A DNA stretch of 64,000 bases from assembly GCA_951406725.2 (NCBI GenBank), contig OX597814.1:108004001-108068000 (forward strand), written 5' to 3'. Source of the stretch: Octopus vulgaris (taxonomy: Eukaryota). Under the pieces are notes generated by a model. The model was not told the DNA's origin. It made no database searches and was given only the letters and a program-made list of their open reading frames with translations. The position numbers and the translations under genes are program-made. Of this stretch, positions 13,870 to 26,299 are shown one piece after another; position 1 is the first letter of the stretch, and every line of letters starts with the position of its first letter.

Positions 13870-14330
13870 AATTCGATGACTGGCACCCGTGCCAGTGGAG
13901 CGCTAACAGCTCTATCCGAGCAGGATCATTGCCAGAGTTGGGCTCCCATGCCGGTGATATGTAAAAAGCACCATTAGATTGTGATCATTACCAGCGTTGC
14001 CTTACTGGCACATGTATCGGTAGCACGTGAACAAAACATTCGAGCGAGGTCGTTACCAGAGCCACTGGACTGGCTCCTGTGCAAGTGGCACATAAAAAAC
14101 ACCATTTCAAGCGTGGCCATTGCCAGTACCGCCAGACTGGCCTCCGTGCCGGTGGCACGTAAAAAGCACCCACTACACTCTTGGAGTGGTTGACATTAGG
14201 AAGGGCATCCAGCTGTAGAAACTCTGCCAGATCAGATTGGAGCCTGGTGCAGCCATCTGGTTCGCCAGTCCTCAGTCAAATCGTCCAACCCATGCTAGCA
14301 TGGAAAGTGGACGTTAAATGATGACGATGA
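13870..14330 (+). mobile_element. RTE-related SINE-like family C with a (GAT)n tail, representative copy (others at 1296-1690, 3737-4046, 6620-6912, 24779-25185, 42120-42407)
   Basis: Conserved GTTGGCGTTAGGAAGGGCATCCAGCTGTAGAAA body, ...GGACGTTAAACGATGATG tail, and a variable number of GTGCC-GGTG-GCAC modules at the 5' end. Confidence 0.85.
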
Positions 14331-14739
14331 CAATTATAATTTGATGGCATTTCTTCAGGCTCTTTAGATCCTGAGTTGAAATACCTTTGAGGTCAACTTT
14401 GCCTTTCATCTTTTAGAGCTGATAAAATAAGGACCAGTTAAGTGCTGGGGACGGGGTGTCAATGTAATTAAGTCACTACGACTCCCCTAAAATTACAGTC
14501 CTTGTGTCAAAATTTGAAACGATAAAAGTAGTGGTAAACTGGTAGAACTGTGGACGAAATGCTTAGTGGCGTTTAAAACCATTTTTCCTTCATCATTTTG
14601 AAGCCAATCAGATAAAGTACCAGTCAGGTACTGGGGGTCGACGTGTCCTCTCCCTTCAAAAGTTCCTGGCCTTGTGTGCCAAAATTAGAATTATTTTTAA
14701 TTGCCAAAATTTACAAAATAATTCAAGGACTGAGTTTTG

Positions 14740-15830
14740 TGTCAGTCCGGGCAGGGAAGCGAAACCTTCACTGGGTGGTCTTAAGGTAAACTTTGCAAAG
14801 ATGAAGGTTTTAGTACGTAGGAAGAGATGAGAGCCTGGAATTTTCAGGGAAATGGTCTTGCTTAAGATGCAGAAAAGGAGTAGGTATAAACCCCAGAGAT
14901 GTAGTGGAATAACTGGCAGACTATCCAAGAATGTAAGATGCATCAGATCAATATGTGGCATGAACACACTGGGAATAGATTCTCTTGAATGCCAGGATGG
15001 CTCACTGGAAGTAAGTGATAGGGTTTTTTTTTTTAATCTAGGATACATAATTTGCAAGGGAGGTGACTGCTCTGAAAAAAATAGCAGCCAGAGTAAGAAC
15101 GGGCTGAAGAAAATCCAGGGAGATACTATCACAGCTGGCAACTAAAGTTTTTTTTCCCTAAGAAAGGAGGGCAAATTGTATGATGCTCGTATTACAACTG
15201 TGATTCTGTATGATAGCTGTAGAAACTCTGCCAGATCAGATTGGAGTCTGGTGCAGACATCTGGTTCGCTAGACCTCAATCAAATCATCCAACCCATGCT
15301 AGCATGGAAAGCGGATGATGATGAGACACATATATATACATACACACACACACATATATATATAATAATTATATATACATATAATATTTATTATATATAC
15401 ATATATATATACATAATTATTATAATTATTAGATATAATAATATTATTATATATATATATATGTATATATAATAATTATTATATATACATACATATAGAG
15501 ATACATATATATATATACATAGACACACATGAGCTGTGAATGTAGAAGACTTGGTAAGACTGGAAAGAAAAGAAGCTAGCATGCTCTGTTAGATGTGCAA
15601 TATAAGTGGACTTGAACGAGAGAATATGTCGAAGCAAAAACTGGGAATAAGAGGAAACAGATGTACAAAAGAAGGAGATTGTGCTGATGAGGATACGAGG
15701 TGGACGAGGACAAGAGTGTGTAAAGAAGTGCCAATTACTTAATGTGGCTGCCAGTTGTGGAAGTGGAGGATATGGGATGAAGAGGTTAAGACTTATCTCG
15801 AGATCTTGAATCTCATGGTAGAGATCATAA
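14740..15830 (+). mobile_element. Decayed RTE-clade LINE ORF fragments, interrupted by a SINE and a microsatellite
   Basis: Remnant peptides LKVNFAKMKVLV, RCSGITGRL, LYDARITTVILY and RLERKEASML. Related RTE pieces at ~13480-13750, ~33420-33560, ~44540-44750 and ~56500-56580. Confidence 0.65.
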
Positions 15831-15840
15831 ACAACTGGTA

Positions 15841-16403
15841 CATTACTTACATTTGTCAGATATTTGTCCTTATCTTGTTTGTTGTTAACACAACATTTCG
15901 GCTGATATACCCTCCAGCCTTCATCAGGTGTCTTGGGGAAATTTCAAACTTGGGTTCTCATTCCTAAGGTATTTTTCAATGTTGTTATTATTATTATTAT
16001 TATTCAGGTCCCAACGTTGCATTACTAGCACCTGTGCCGGTGGCATGTGTAAAAAGATTTGAGCGAGGTCATTGCCAGTACCGCTTGACTGGGCCCCGTG
16101 CCGGTGGCACGTAAAAAGCACCCACTACACTCTCGGAGTGGTTGACGTTAGGAAGGGCATCCAGCTGTAGAAACTCTGTCAGATCAAGATTGGAGCCTGG
16201 TGCAGCCATCTGGTTGCCAGCCCTCAGTCAAAATCGCCCAACCCATGCTAGCATGGAAAGCAGATGTTAAACGACGATGCCTGGAATCGAACTCGGAATA
16301 TTGGGGTTAGTAGCCTGCACTCTTAACCACTACACCATACAAACAAGATGAGGACAAATATCCATCAAATGTAAATGATGTAAATAATTCTTCATCTCTT
16401 AAA
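15841..16403 (-). mobile_element. tRNA-headed, hammerhead-containing SINE-like element (copy 1), split by an inserted SINE at ~16010-16278
   Basis: Minus strand: A-box TGGTGTAGTGG, B-box GAGTTCGATTCC, (AAT)n linker, hammerhead at 15887-15932. An inverted copy of the tail lies at 16340-16403. Confidence 0.7.
15887..15932 (-). ncRNA. Minimal type I hammerhead ribozyme motif
   Basis: GACAC-CTGATGA-A-GGCTGG(AGGGTATA)TCAGCC-GAAA-TG-TT-GTGTT: stem I, core, 6-bp stem II, and a CpG-decayed ACGT palindromic stem III. Confidence 0.72.
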
Positions 16404-17763
16404 TCTAGAACTGTGTAAATAACTGGGATGTTAGGCAACATGGGATTCTTAAGACTCACCCACCTCTGTGACACTGATTCCTTGAAGCAGTGTGTGTGTG
16501 CACAAAGGGGCCCCCTTGCCTGATCTCACATCATCACCTATACCCATCCACATTGTATATTAACGATTACCATTTAATGTCGATGTTTCGTGCTGGGATG
16601 GGTTGACAGGAGCTGCAAAGATCAAGAACTGCAACAGGTACCATTGTTTGTTTTATATGGCATTGGCACTAGTGAGAGTACCATGTAGTTCACAAGTCTA
16701 CGGACACAAGGAATGGAAGGATGCTGCATCATTATGTTAGATGGGGGTTAAGGTATGAAGGAAGCATGTGGGAGCAGAGCAGGTGCTTGTAGACAAGGAG
16801 ACAGGCAGCAGTGTTGAGGTATCCAGGTGGTACCTCAGGTAGGGGGAGCAGGAGTGGATGGAGGGGGAAGTGGGAGATGGACAGACACTTCAGCTTCTAG
16901 TGTAGACTGTGATAATGTCTGTCCTTGGAATAAACACACAAAAAAAGACAGTGTATCACGATCATCCAACACACAAATTCATTAACAAACAATAAGCGTT
17001 CTCATTATAGTGTGGGCTTAGGTGCAGGCGTGGCTGTGTGGTAAGAAGTTTGTAGCCCAACCTCATGGTTTCAAGTCCCACTGTGTGGTACCTTTGGAAA
17101 GTGTCTTCCACTATAGCCTCAGGATGACCAAACCTTTTTGAGTGGATTTGGTAGATGGAAAGTGAAAGAAGCCCGTGTGTGTGTTTGCCCCCTACCACTG
17201 CTTGAAAAACGGTGTTGGTATCTTTATGTTCCAGTAACTTAGCAATTCGTCAAAAGGGATCGATAGAATAAGTATTGAGCTTTAAAAAATGTACTGGGTT
17301 CGATTCACTTGACTAAACATTCATGGCTCTGATAAAATATGTATACATGATGTGGTGTGTGTATGTGCGATTATTTTTATATTCGCATGTGTACGTGTGG
17401 GTGTGGATATAATGTATATATATATATATATATTGTTTCAGTCATTTGATAGCGGCCATGCTGGAGCACCGCCTTTAGTCGAATAACTCGACCCCCAGGA
17501 CTTATTCTTTGTAACCTAGTGCTTAGCAGTTCAGCAAAAGATACCGATAGGATACGTTACGGTTGCAAAGCAATGGTAGGGGGAACAAACACACAAAAAC
17601 ATACATACACACACACATATATATACGATGGGCTTCTTTCAGTTTCCGTCTACCAAATTCATTCATAATGCTTTGGTCGGCTTGAGGCTATAGTAGAAGA
17701 AATTTGCCCAAGGTATCACGTAGTGGGACTGAATCGGTAAGCAAGCTTTTTACTGCACAACCC

Positions 17764-17797
<34 letters not shown>

Positions 17798-18352
17798 AGG
17801 GGTTTAGTTCACTGGTGATCTAAACCGAATAGATACGCTGAGTAAGTGCTATAATTGGTCATCCGTTAGGTTCCAAGTTCACGGCAGAGGCTGGAGCTAG
17901 GGATCCGTTTTAGGCTTCCATATGTGTGTTCTATTGTAATTGTTAGGCTGAATTCAACTCAGTGACGGGGTAGAGTCTTTTCGCTAAACGAAAGAAAGAG
18001 TGAAAAAGTCTGGGAATTTTTTTAGCAGGAAGTGTACAGTGCAAGGGAGATAACTAGGTGGAAGAAGCATATTTTCGTCTTCCCTTGTACCGAGGCCCCG
18101 CCACCTCCACCACCCTCACGGTCACCTCCTCCACCATCGAATCGAGTCTGTTATTAATTTAAACTTAACGATTTCAAATATAAGCACAACCAGACACTTT
18201 GCGGTTTGGTAGAGTTGATGAAATTGACTAAGAACATTTATCGTTTTTCTAATAAATGTGTTAAATTCGATCTTGGTGGGATTCGAACTCGGAACACAAA
18301 GGGAAATCATTCGACGCAGCAAATGATTTTGTCGGTTTGTTACCGTTTCTCG

Positions 18353-18366
18353 CCACCAGGTGGCGC
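18353..18366 (+). promoter_or_regulatory. CTCF consensus site in a CpG-retaining region
   Basis: CCACCAGGTGGCGC matches the canonical CTCF core; a weaker TCACCAGGTGGAAC lies ~40 bp downstream. Confidence 0.6.
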
Positions 18367-18549
18367 TTTTGTCCCTCTCCACAATTTCCTTCTTCACCAG
18401 GTGGAACTATTTCCGTCCACACACACATATACACACGCGTGTGTATATGTGTGTGTGTGTTACCTTGTGTACGTGTTTCCTACTGTAGCCTTAGGCCGAC
18501 CAAACCCTTTTGAGAGGATTTGGTTGACGGAAACTGAAAGAAGCCTATC

Positions 18550-18587
<38 letters not shown>

Positions 18588-20087
18588 TATTTGTTACCCC
18601 CCATCCTGTCACCACTTGACAACTGCTGTTGATGTGTTTACATCCACGTAACTTAGCAGTTTGGTAAAAGAGACTGATGCAATATATTCCAGGCTTTACA
18701 AATAAAAATAAGTCCTGAGGTCGATTCGCTCAACTAAAATTCTTCAAGGTGGTACTCCAGCATGGCCGCAGTCAAATAACTGAAACAAGTAAAAGATAAA
18801 AGATATATATATATATATAAACATATTTTTAAGAAGCTTGCTTCCTAACCACATGGTTCAGGATTCTGTCCTACTGCATGGTACATAGTACCTTGGGCAA
18901 GCGGCTTCTACTATAGATTCGGGCCAACCAAAGCTTTGTGAGTGGATTTGGTAGATGGAAACTGAAAGAAGCCTGTCATTTGTGTGTGTTTCTGTGTTTT
19001 TCCCCAACAACATCGTTTGACAACCGATGTTGGTGTGTTTACGTCCCCATAACTTAGCAGTTCGGCAGAATAGACTGATAGAATAAGTACTAGGCTTACA
19101 AAGAATAATGACTGAAACAAACACAATAAAATTTATATATATATATTTATTTATTCACACACACACACACACACACATATATGCATATACACACATATAT
19201 ACATACATACACACACACATATATATAAATCATCATTTAATGGCCAGGTTCCATTCCAGCATGTGTTGGGCACCAGCACTATGAAATCTGGTATCTGTGG
19301 TTGAAATAGATTGCAATAGTTTTCTTTTGGAGAATCATTTTCATTCCAAAATAGAACTTGAAATATTCTTCATTTATTTTCCTATGATATTAATTTTGGA
19401 ATCATTAAAATGGTAACAAAGAATTTTGATTTGAGTTGCTGGTTTCAAAGAAAGTCGCAACCAGTTTATCTATGTGTGATGTTGTGGTTGTAGTTTAACT
19501 CCTGGTCAACACCATTGAAGAAAGGCACTCCAACCATGACTGCCCTATCTATTTTGAATGTATAGGCAGCTCATGGCTACATTATTCAAACTATCCAAGG
19601 TGGCAAATTGGCAGAATTGTTAGCATGCCAGGTGAAATGCTTAGCGGTATTTCATCTGTCTTTATGTTCTGGGTTCAAATTTCACCGAGGTCGACTTTGC
19701 CTTTGATCCTTTCAGGGTTGATAAATTAAGTATCATACTGGGGTCGATCTAATTGGCTGTGTTCCTCCCCCAAAATTTCAGGCCTTGTGCTTAGAGTAGA
19801 AGGATTATTCAATCTGTCCCATTTGTAAGAACACAAACCTCACACAATGCAGTGCCTATAATGGAAATACAGACAGAGGTCTTTGTGTCTTGGAAACTCT
19901 TTCATTCCAGCACAAAAGTTCCAAATGTTCTTGACTTACCTTTCTATAATATTGGTTTTGAATCATTAAGTTTTTAATCTTTTCAGTTATCACACTGTGG
20001 CCAAGCTGGGGCATCACCCTGAGGAATATTTAGTTGGAGGAATTGATTCCAGCACTTCTTGTCTTTTTAAGCTTGGTACTTATTTTA

Positions 20088-20517
20088 ATAATAATAATGA
20101 AATTATTGTATACAGTGCTCAGGTGTACCACAACTTGTCAGAAAGTGTGTATAAAGCATATGTAGTAATGTACAAACGTCTGGAAAGTGAACAGTGTATG
20201 TGTCAGATACATGCTTGCGTATGTATGGAGGGGAGAAAATCAGGTGTAGTGTTGGCAAATCTCAGGGAGCATGGAAGTTTTGAAGGATGCAGTGCTCCGA
20301 CAACAAACAACTGATGCCGGCAGTTTGTTCCATGCTTCAGCAACTCTTTGCATGAAAAAATGTTTCCGAAAGTCATGGGAGCTGTGCTGTTTTCTGACTT
20401 TGTAAACATGTCCACGTTTACAAAGTCAGAAAACAGCACAGCTCCCATGACTTTCGGAAACATTTTTTCATGCAAAGAGTTGCTGAAGTGTGGAACAAAT
20501 TGCTGGCATCAGTTGTT
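20088..20517 (-). mobile_element. CR1 3' fragment with a foldback inverted duplication
   Basis: Same family as 8661-9050; palindrome 20306-20517; lies inside a SINE. Confidence 0.85.
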
Positions 20518-23094
20518 AGGCAGTTTTACCAAACTGCTAAGTTATGGGGACATAAACACACAAAGAGTGGTTGTCAAGCAGTTGTGGTGGACAAATACAT
20601 ACACACACACACACACAACGGGCTTCTTTCAGTTTCTGTCTACGAAATCCACTCAGAATTTGGTGTTGAAAACACTTGGCGAAGGTGCCACACTGTGGGA
20701 CTGAACCCGGAACCATGTGGTTAGGAAGCAAGCTTCCTACCACACAGCTATGCTGGCACCTAGGTTTAAGAAGATAAAAAAAGGAAGACCATTTCAAAGT
20801 GGAAAGAACTTGAAAAAAGGACATGTGGATATATGTTGGCCATTAGCAAAAATAAGAGGTTTAGAGCAAGGACCACTTAACCGAGTGAATAAGTTTTAAG
20901 TAGCACTTAATAAATATAAAGAGAATTATGGTGGTGGAGCAGCAAGATGTGACATTTGAAGTTGCCAGACATTGAGGCAATATTTTTGAGTGGTTGTGTG
21001 GTAAGAAGTTTGCTTCCCAACCACATGGTTCTAGGTTCTAGGTTCAGTCTCACTGTGTGCTACCTTGGACAAGTGTCTTCTACTATAGCTTCAGGATGAC
21101 CAAAGCCTTGTGAGTGGATTTAGTAGACAGAAACTAAATGAAGCCTAAACTAAAAGGCAGCAAGCTGGCAGAAACGTTAGCATGTCGGGCAAAATGCTTA
21201 GCGGTATTTTGTCTGCCTCTATGTTTTGAGCTCAAATTCCTCCGAGGTCGACTTTGCTTTTCATCCTTTCGGGGTTGATTAAATAAATACTAGTTATGCA
21301 CTGGGATCGATGTAATCGACTTAATCCGTTTGTCTGTCCTTGTTTGTCCTCTCTGTGCTTAGCCCCTTGTGGGTAGTAAAGAAATAGGTATTTCGTCTGC
21401 CGTTATGTTCTGAGTTCAAATTCTATTGAGGTCAACTTTGCCTTTAATCTTTTCAGGGTTGATAAATTAAGTACCAGTTATGCACTGGGGTTGATGTAAT
21501 CGACTTAATCCCTTTGTCTGTCCTTGTTTGCCCCCTCTATATTTAGCCCCTTGTGGGCAATAAAGAAATAAGAAACTAAATGAAGCTTGTTGTGCATGTG
21601 TATATGTGTCTTTGTGCTTGTGTTTGTTCCCTATGGTTCTGGGTTCAATCTCACAGCATGGCACCTTGGACAAGTGTCTTCTACTATAGCTTCAGGCTAA
21701 CCATAACCTTGTGAGTGGATTTGGCAGATGGAAACTGAAAGAAGCCCATCGCATGTGTATGAGTATGTGTATACCTATGTGTGTGTCTTTATGTCTGTGT
21801 TTGTCCCCCACTGCAACTTGACAATCGGTGTTGGTGTGTTTACATCCTTGTAACTTAGCAGTTCGGCAAAAGAGACCAATAGAATAAGTACCCGGCTTCA
21901 AAGAGAAACAAGTACTGGGGTTGATTTACTGGACTAAAAATTCTTCAAGGTGGTGCCCCAGCATGATCACAGTCAAATGACTGAAACAAGAAAATGATAA
22001 AGAAAACTTCTCTCATCATTTCACCTTCCCAATCAGCATCTTCTGAATGTCGTCAGCAGTGTTTTAATTAAAATGGTGTTGTCTTCAGGTTTGCATCTTA
22101 ATGGTGACGAGGTAGGCAATTTCACAGGAAGTGAAGACCAGTTCCAAAGAATTTAGGACATTCTTAACAAACGATTCCTCAATTCTTTTTGTTTTGATGA
22201 AGAACATAGAAATACTCTTTTATTCTTTTATTTTCTTTCAGTCATGTGACTACGGCCATGCTGGAGCATTGCCTTTAGTAGAACAAATCGACTCCAGGAC
22301 TTTTTCTTTGTAAGCCCAGTACTTATTCTATCGGTCACTTTTGCCAAACCACTAAGTTACGGGGACGTAAACAAAACAGACACACAAACATATACACATA
22401 CATTTTATATATATATATATATATTTACACACACACACACACATATATATGATGGGCTTCTTTCAGTTTCCATCTACCAAATCCACTCTCAAGGCTTTAG
22501 TTGGCCTGAGGCTATAGTAGAAATCACTTGCCCATGGTGCCATGCAGTGGGACTGAACCCGGAACCATGTGGTTGGTAAGCAAGCTACTTTACCACACAG
22601 CCACTCCTGCACCTGTATGTTTGAGATTTTTGATAAAAAGTATTTACTTTAATAGTAAACAAAAGTTGTTGTTGATGTTACTACAAATGACGAAGCTTAT
22701 TATTCTTGAACTGTAAGTGCCATAGTAATTGCTATCCTGATGTTAGCTGGTCATTGTGTGTTGCAGTTGCTGTCTGTCCATTGTTTTCAGGGATAATCAT
22801 TCAACATTGCAGTGAGAATTATCAATCCATAAGTGTTATGTTTTAATACAGAATTATTAACTTGGATTACATTACTCAAATGCAAGCCAATAATGGAGAG
22901 AATATATGAGCAGATACAACACAATATATACTCAAAAATACATGCTGATTAAAGAAAAAGCAGAACCTAAAGATGCACGTGCAAAAAGTATCACACCACT
23001 TATGAAACAAACCAATATGCAAATTAGAAGGCAGTCAAAAGTTCACTTGAAAAGGAAACAAGGTGAAACACATGAAATAAAGCAGAGTGACTAA

Positions 23095-23497
23095 ACTTAG
23101 TTGGATACTTAGAACATCATTAACCATCTTACAAACAATAACTCTGAGCCCCTTTTCAAACTCCACCTGTCTAACACCCGTGGACATGTTTACAAAGTCA
23201 GAAAACAGCACAGCTCCCATGACTTTCGGAAACATTTTTTCACGCTAAGAGTTGCTGAAGTATGGAACAAACTGCCAGCATCAGTTGTTAGTTGTCGGAG
23301 CACTGCATCCTTCAAAACTTCCATGCTTCCTGAGATTTGCCAACACTACACCTGATTTTCTCCTCTCCAAGCATGTATCTGACTCATACACTGTTCACTT
23401 TCCAGACATTTGTACATTACTGCATATACTTTATACACACTTTTGACAAGTTGTGGTGCACCTGAGCACTGTATACAATAATTTCATTATTATTATA
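23095..23497 (+). mobile_element. CR1 3' fragment
   Basis: Same family (TRGHVYKVRKQ..FFTLRVAEVWNKLP) ending in (ATT)n. Confidence 0.85.
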
Positions 23498-24330
23498 ATA
23501 TAGAATTAAATTAGAGCAATATAACATGGAGAATATCTTGGAATCTTCCAGAAGCTTCTAATCGTCTTCATGGTGGTATTTAGTTCTATCCAAGTCCAGC
23601 AGACAAAGCTGGAACTCTGTAAGACTTGGTGAAATAGGGATTTAAGACCTTGCTTTACTCATCGTTGCGAATATTTACCATGGTCTTGTAGAACAATGGA
23701 AATAAGCAGGATTTATTTAATATTATTATTAGAGCTAAATCAGATGAAATATTGATTTCAAAATTTGGCACAAGGCCAGAATTTCGGAGTTGGTGAGATC
23801 AGCCCCAGTTTTCAACTGGTATTTATTTTATTGTCCCTGAAAGGAGAAAAGGCAATGTCACTCTAGACAGAAATTGAACTCTGAACATGGAGGGAGACAA
23901 GATGCCACTAAGTATTTTGTCTGGCACTCCAATGACTCTATCAGCTTGCCATTTTAGATAAAATATTGCCAGAACTAAAACTAAGGAATTTAAAGAGAAA
24001 GCATCATTATTGGAGATCTGATGCTATAACTTTCTAAAAACGTTTCAATGATTTTAGGGGTATGACTCCCTCCTGCCCCTAAACAATGTTATTCTGTTGT
24101 CTTTTATATCTCCATGTGATGCAAAGTCACTGAAGAGAGTTAAATGTTCCCTTGGATAACTCTTCTTCCAAGTTAAACTCACCTTCCATTAATCATGTTA
24201 GATTAGAAGATATAACTTTGCCATTCCAGAAGTCTGTGAATTTTCAGACTTGTGAGACCAGTGGTGCTCGACCTTTTTTAATATCTGGGCCAAATCTCAA
24301 AACCTGGATTTTTTAGGGGACTGCACAAAA

Positions 24331-24361
<31 letters not shown>

Positions 24362-25818
24362 AAAAAGCAAAACACAAGTCAATTAAAGAAAAATTTATTG
24401 TATTTATGGAGGGGAGACCATCAGGGGCTGCTGTAAGGATTCTTGAGGGTCACATGAGGCCCTGAGAACTGCTGAGTTAGAACATTGGTTAGAATGCCTT
24501 GTGGTATTTGTTCCAATTTTCTGCCGAGTTCAATTCCTGCCGGGGTCATCATCTGTATTTTTCAACCTATCTGGGTTAATAATAAAAAACAGAACAAAAC
24601 TAACCAATCCATAGGACGACTGGCAGAACTCCCAGAACACTGGATTAGATTCCTTCTAGCCTCCGTTCCACATGTCTCGTGTCCTGGCAGTGATGCCTGC
24701 AATGACATGTCATTCTATAAACTCGCAAACAATTCTATGAATACTTTACCGGGCAACGCTGAGTAGTAAATCTAGTACATCATCATCATCGTTTAACGTC
24801 CGCTTTCCATGCTGGCATGAGTTGGACGATTTTGACTGAGGGCTGGTGAACCAGATGGGTGCACCAAGCTCCAATCTTGATCTGGCAGAGTTTCTACAGC
24901 TGGATGCCCTTCCTAATGCCAACCACTCTGAGAGTGTAGTGGGAGCTTTTACGTGCCACCGGCATGTGGGCCAGTCAGGTGGTACTGGCAATGACCTCGC
25001 TCGAATGTTTTTTCACATGCCACTGGCACAAGTATCAGTAAGGCGACGCTGGTAACGATCACACTTGAATGGTGCCTTTTACGTGCCACTGGCACGGAAG
25101 CCGGTTAGCCGCTCTGGTAATGATCATGCTTGGATGGTGCTCTTAGCATCCCACTAGCACAGGGCACAAATGCCAGTCAGGCGACATATATATAAAAACC
25201 AATGGTTTCATGAAAAGAGTTTAACAATTTTTCAAGTGTTTCACTTAAAAATGTTGGTAATTAGCCTCCATTTTTGTGGCTGTTAAATACACGGTTATGG
25301 TGAGGTGACTCACTTAATAACTACTGTACTTCTTTTGTGTTGGCGTTGGTCTTATACAAGTATTGGTACAATGTTTGTAAATACTATGTTCAACATAGTT
25401 TAATTGCATCATCGGAGAACATTTACTTTTGTTAAGTTTGCTCCATGTCAAATGGTTGCATTTTTATGGATGTATACGCATGTGTATACTGGTCATGTTA
25501 TGAGATTTACTCAGACTTTAAATGTTTATAAGTTTATGAAGATCTATTTTGCAAATAGTATGATGTCTTGTATATCTATTATATAATGTTACAGAAATGC
25601 AGAGTTTAGGATTCAAACATGAGTTCTTGAGGTGGAATAGAGAGTGTATATTTATTATGCATATTATTTGTATAAATATATTTTAAATTGATCCTGGCTT
25701 GGTAGGTGGTGAAGTCAGTGAGGAGTCATGCTTGACATTTCTGTTTAAAATGTTGTTTGTATCTGCAAAAGGAAAAGGTATAGTCTCTAATTTTCAAAAT
25801 GTTAACACTTGAAACAGT

Positions 25819-26190
25819 TTTAAGAGATGAGGATTTATGCACATTATTTACATTTGACGGATATTTGTCCTCATTTTGTTTGTTGTCAACACAACCTTTC
25901 AGCTGATATACCTTCCAGCCTTCATCAGGTGTCTTGGGGAAATTTCAAACCTGGGTTCTCATTCCTAAGGTATTTTTCGATGTTATGATTATTATTATTC
26001 AGGTCACTGCTTGGAATCGTACTTGGAATCTTGGGGTTAGTAGCCTGCACTCTTAACCACTACTAGGAATGAGAAGCTAGGTTTGAAATTTCCCTAAGAC
26101 ACCTGATGAAGGCTGGAGGGTATATTAGCTGAAACATTGTGTTAACAACAAACAAGATGAGGACAAATATCTGTCAAATGTAAATAATGT
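25819..26190 (-). mobile_element. tRNA-headed, hammerhead-containing SINE-like element (copy 2) with ~127-bp inverted arms
   Basis: Arms 25841-25967 and 26064-26190, each with a hammerhead motif; the tRNA-like head is in the spacer. Confidence 0.72.
26098..26143 (+). ncRNA. Minimal type I hammerhead motif (mirror copy at 25888-25933 on the minus strand)
   Basis: GACAC-CTGATGA-A-GGCTGG..TTAGCT-GAAA-CA-TT-GTGTT. Confidence 0.68.
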
Positions 26191-26299
26191 TAAGAGTTGA
26201 AGTTATGTTTAATTTCCCTGTAATATAGAGAAATCATCTGCTGCCTTGTCCCTTATATTTGCTGGCCTTAACTACAATGCTCCAGTTTATTTGGGGATT

